Source: Nitrosopumilus piranensis
Lineage (GTDB): Archaea > Thermoproteota > Nitrososphaeria > Nitrososphaerales > Nitrosopumilaceae
Direction of reading: 5' to 3'
DNA length: 32,000 nt
NCBI RefSeq assembly: GCF_000875775.1
Contig: NZ_CP010868.1
Coordinates: forward strand, 1,127,707-1,159,706
Shown here one piece after another: positions 31,055 to 32,000 of the stretch. The stretch's first letter is position 1. Every line of letters begins with the position of its first letter. The translations under genes were made by a program, and so were the position numbers. The notes beneath the pieces were generated by a model that saw only the letters and a list, made by a program, of their open reading frames with translations, had not been told where the DNA came from and did no database searches.

Positions 31055-32000
31055 GTTTCTCCTTTGATTTCTTCTCGACTCTTAAACTCGGGGGTAATTC
31101 CAAGGGATTCATAATTTCCAGACGCACATGTAAAACACATAGAATCAACAGGAATTCCTACTGCTGCTGCAAGATTCTCAGCGTCATTATACCCCAAAAA
31201 GTCAGCACCAATACTTTTTCTTACCATGTCTATAGTTTCTTCTTGAGACATGTCTTTTCCATTTGAAAATGTTGCAAGTTCCTCTTGAGAGGGAAAATCA
31301 ATACCAGCATAACATGGGAATTTTATTGGAGGATAAGTAATGACCATACTAATTTTTCGTGCCCCAGCACGTCTTAATGCTTTGATTATTGCTTTGGAGC
31401 TTGTACCTCTAACCAAACTATCATCAATTACAACAACATGTTTTCCGTCAATAATTTCTCGAATTGGAATAATCCATCGATTAATTTCTACCCTGTCTGT
31501 TTGATGGGGTTCAATAAAACTTCGCAAAGGCCCTTTCTTGCTGTATCTGTCTTTGAGTAGTCCCTCATCAAAAGATACACCTAATTCTTGTGCATAACCT
31601 AATGCTGCAGGTCTTGCAGAATCAGGTACGGGGATAACCAAATCAGCATCTTTGATTGGGAATTTTTTTGCCAAAAATCGACCAATGTTTTTTCTTGCAA
31701 CATAGATGTTAGTTCCTTCCATGTTACTTGTTGGATGTGCAAAGTAAGTAAATTCAAAAGAACAATGTGCACGTTGTGGATCATCAGAAAACATTTCAGT
31801 TTCTATACCGTCTTTGCTTAATCGGATTAATTCACCAGGAGTCACATTTCGTTGCATTTGTGCACCAACTGCAGAAACTGCAGATGATTCTGATGCTACA
31901 ATGTATGTATCATCAGATTCCTTATGACCTAAAACCATAGGACGAAAACCTTTTGGATCACGCGCAGCATAAACAGAATTATCATCAGAGATAAATGTAA
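31051..32000 (-). CDS. purF: Amidophosphoribosyltransferase PurF, C-terminal ~316 codons (N-terminus lies beyond the right window edge)
   Basis: The track starts at an internal Met (31938), but the frame stays open to 32000 (..TFISDDNSVYAARDPKGFRPMVLG..). PRPP-binding loop VVVIDDSLVRGTSS and C-terminal Cys-containing region FPCYAGIDFP...CFTCASGNY. Confidence 0.9.
   Translation of the reverse strand, partial: TFISDDNSVYAARDPKGFRPMVLGHKESDDTYIVASESSAVSAVGAQMQRNVTPGELIRLSKDGIETEMFSDDPQRAHCSFEFTYFAHPTSNMEGTNIYVARKNIGRFLAKKFPIKDADLVIPVPDSARPAALGYAQELGVSFDEGLLKDRYSKKGPLRSFIEPHQTDRVEINRWIIPIREIIDGKHVVVIDDSLVRGTSSKAIIKALRRAGARKISMVITYPPIKFPCYAGIDFPSQEELATFSNGKDMSQEETIDMVRKSIGADFLGYNDAENLAAAVGIPVDSMCFTCASGNYESLGITPEFKSREEIKGET

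Overview
AT-rich (about one-third G+C by eye), densely packed archaeal chromosome segment. It most resembles a marine Nitrosopumilus-type ammonia-oxidising archaeon (Nitrososphaerota/Thaumarchaeota). Pointers to this are eS4, RNase P protein p29 inside the ribosomal cluster, proteasome alpha, an ESCRT-III/CdvB-like protein, and urease next to an SSS urea permease. All functional calls rest on motif and family recognition from the translations and on gene order; no database search was possible.

Layout:
- 1-7.8 kb: complete urease locus, with ureDGFE (-) divergent from ureABC (+). It is followed by an overlapping SSS transporter / double zinc-ribbon membrane protein / UspA operon.
- 7.8-8.7 kb: unusually long non-coding spacer.
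- 8.7-10.8 kb: bioB-bioF.
- 11.0-12.9 kb: CcdA plus a membrane-anchored thioredoxin, resembling a split DipZ.
- 12.9-16.3 kb: CdvB-like ESCRT-III protein, DUF371, proteasome alpha and a SPOUT methyltransferase.
- 16.4-24.2 kb: ribosomal protein super-operon from uL3 to uL6. uL2 is absent from its canonical slot. uS14 (59 aa) is missed by the ORF track. The cluster stops abruptly after uL6.
- 24.2-29.2 kb: the only accessory-looking stretch. It starts with tRNA-Asn(GTT), followed by many small genes. It carries four copies of a ~30-bp palindrome that share an exact 17-mer. An ORF-poor ~0.9-kb block holds a C11 tract, TGCCTA..AACCCC(C)TC repeat units in direct and inverted orientation, and 10-bp-phased A-tracts. 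An extremely basic Ala/Lys/Arg repeat protein contains a perfect 72-bp tandem duplication. An ArsR-like regulator closes the stretch.
- 29.5-32.0 kb: purC, a membrane protein, DUF427 and purF (-; purF runs off the right edge).

I see no CRISPR array, transposase, integrase, rRNA or recognisable defence system. The most interesting unexplained signals are the palindrome family, the repeat-rich ORF-poor block and the histone-H1-like repeat protein.
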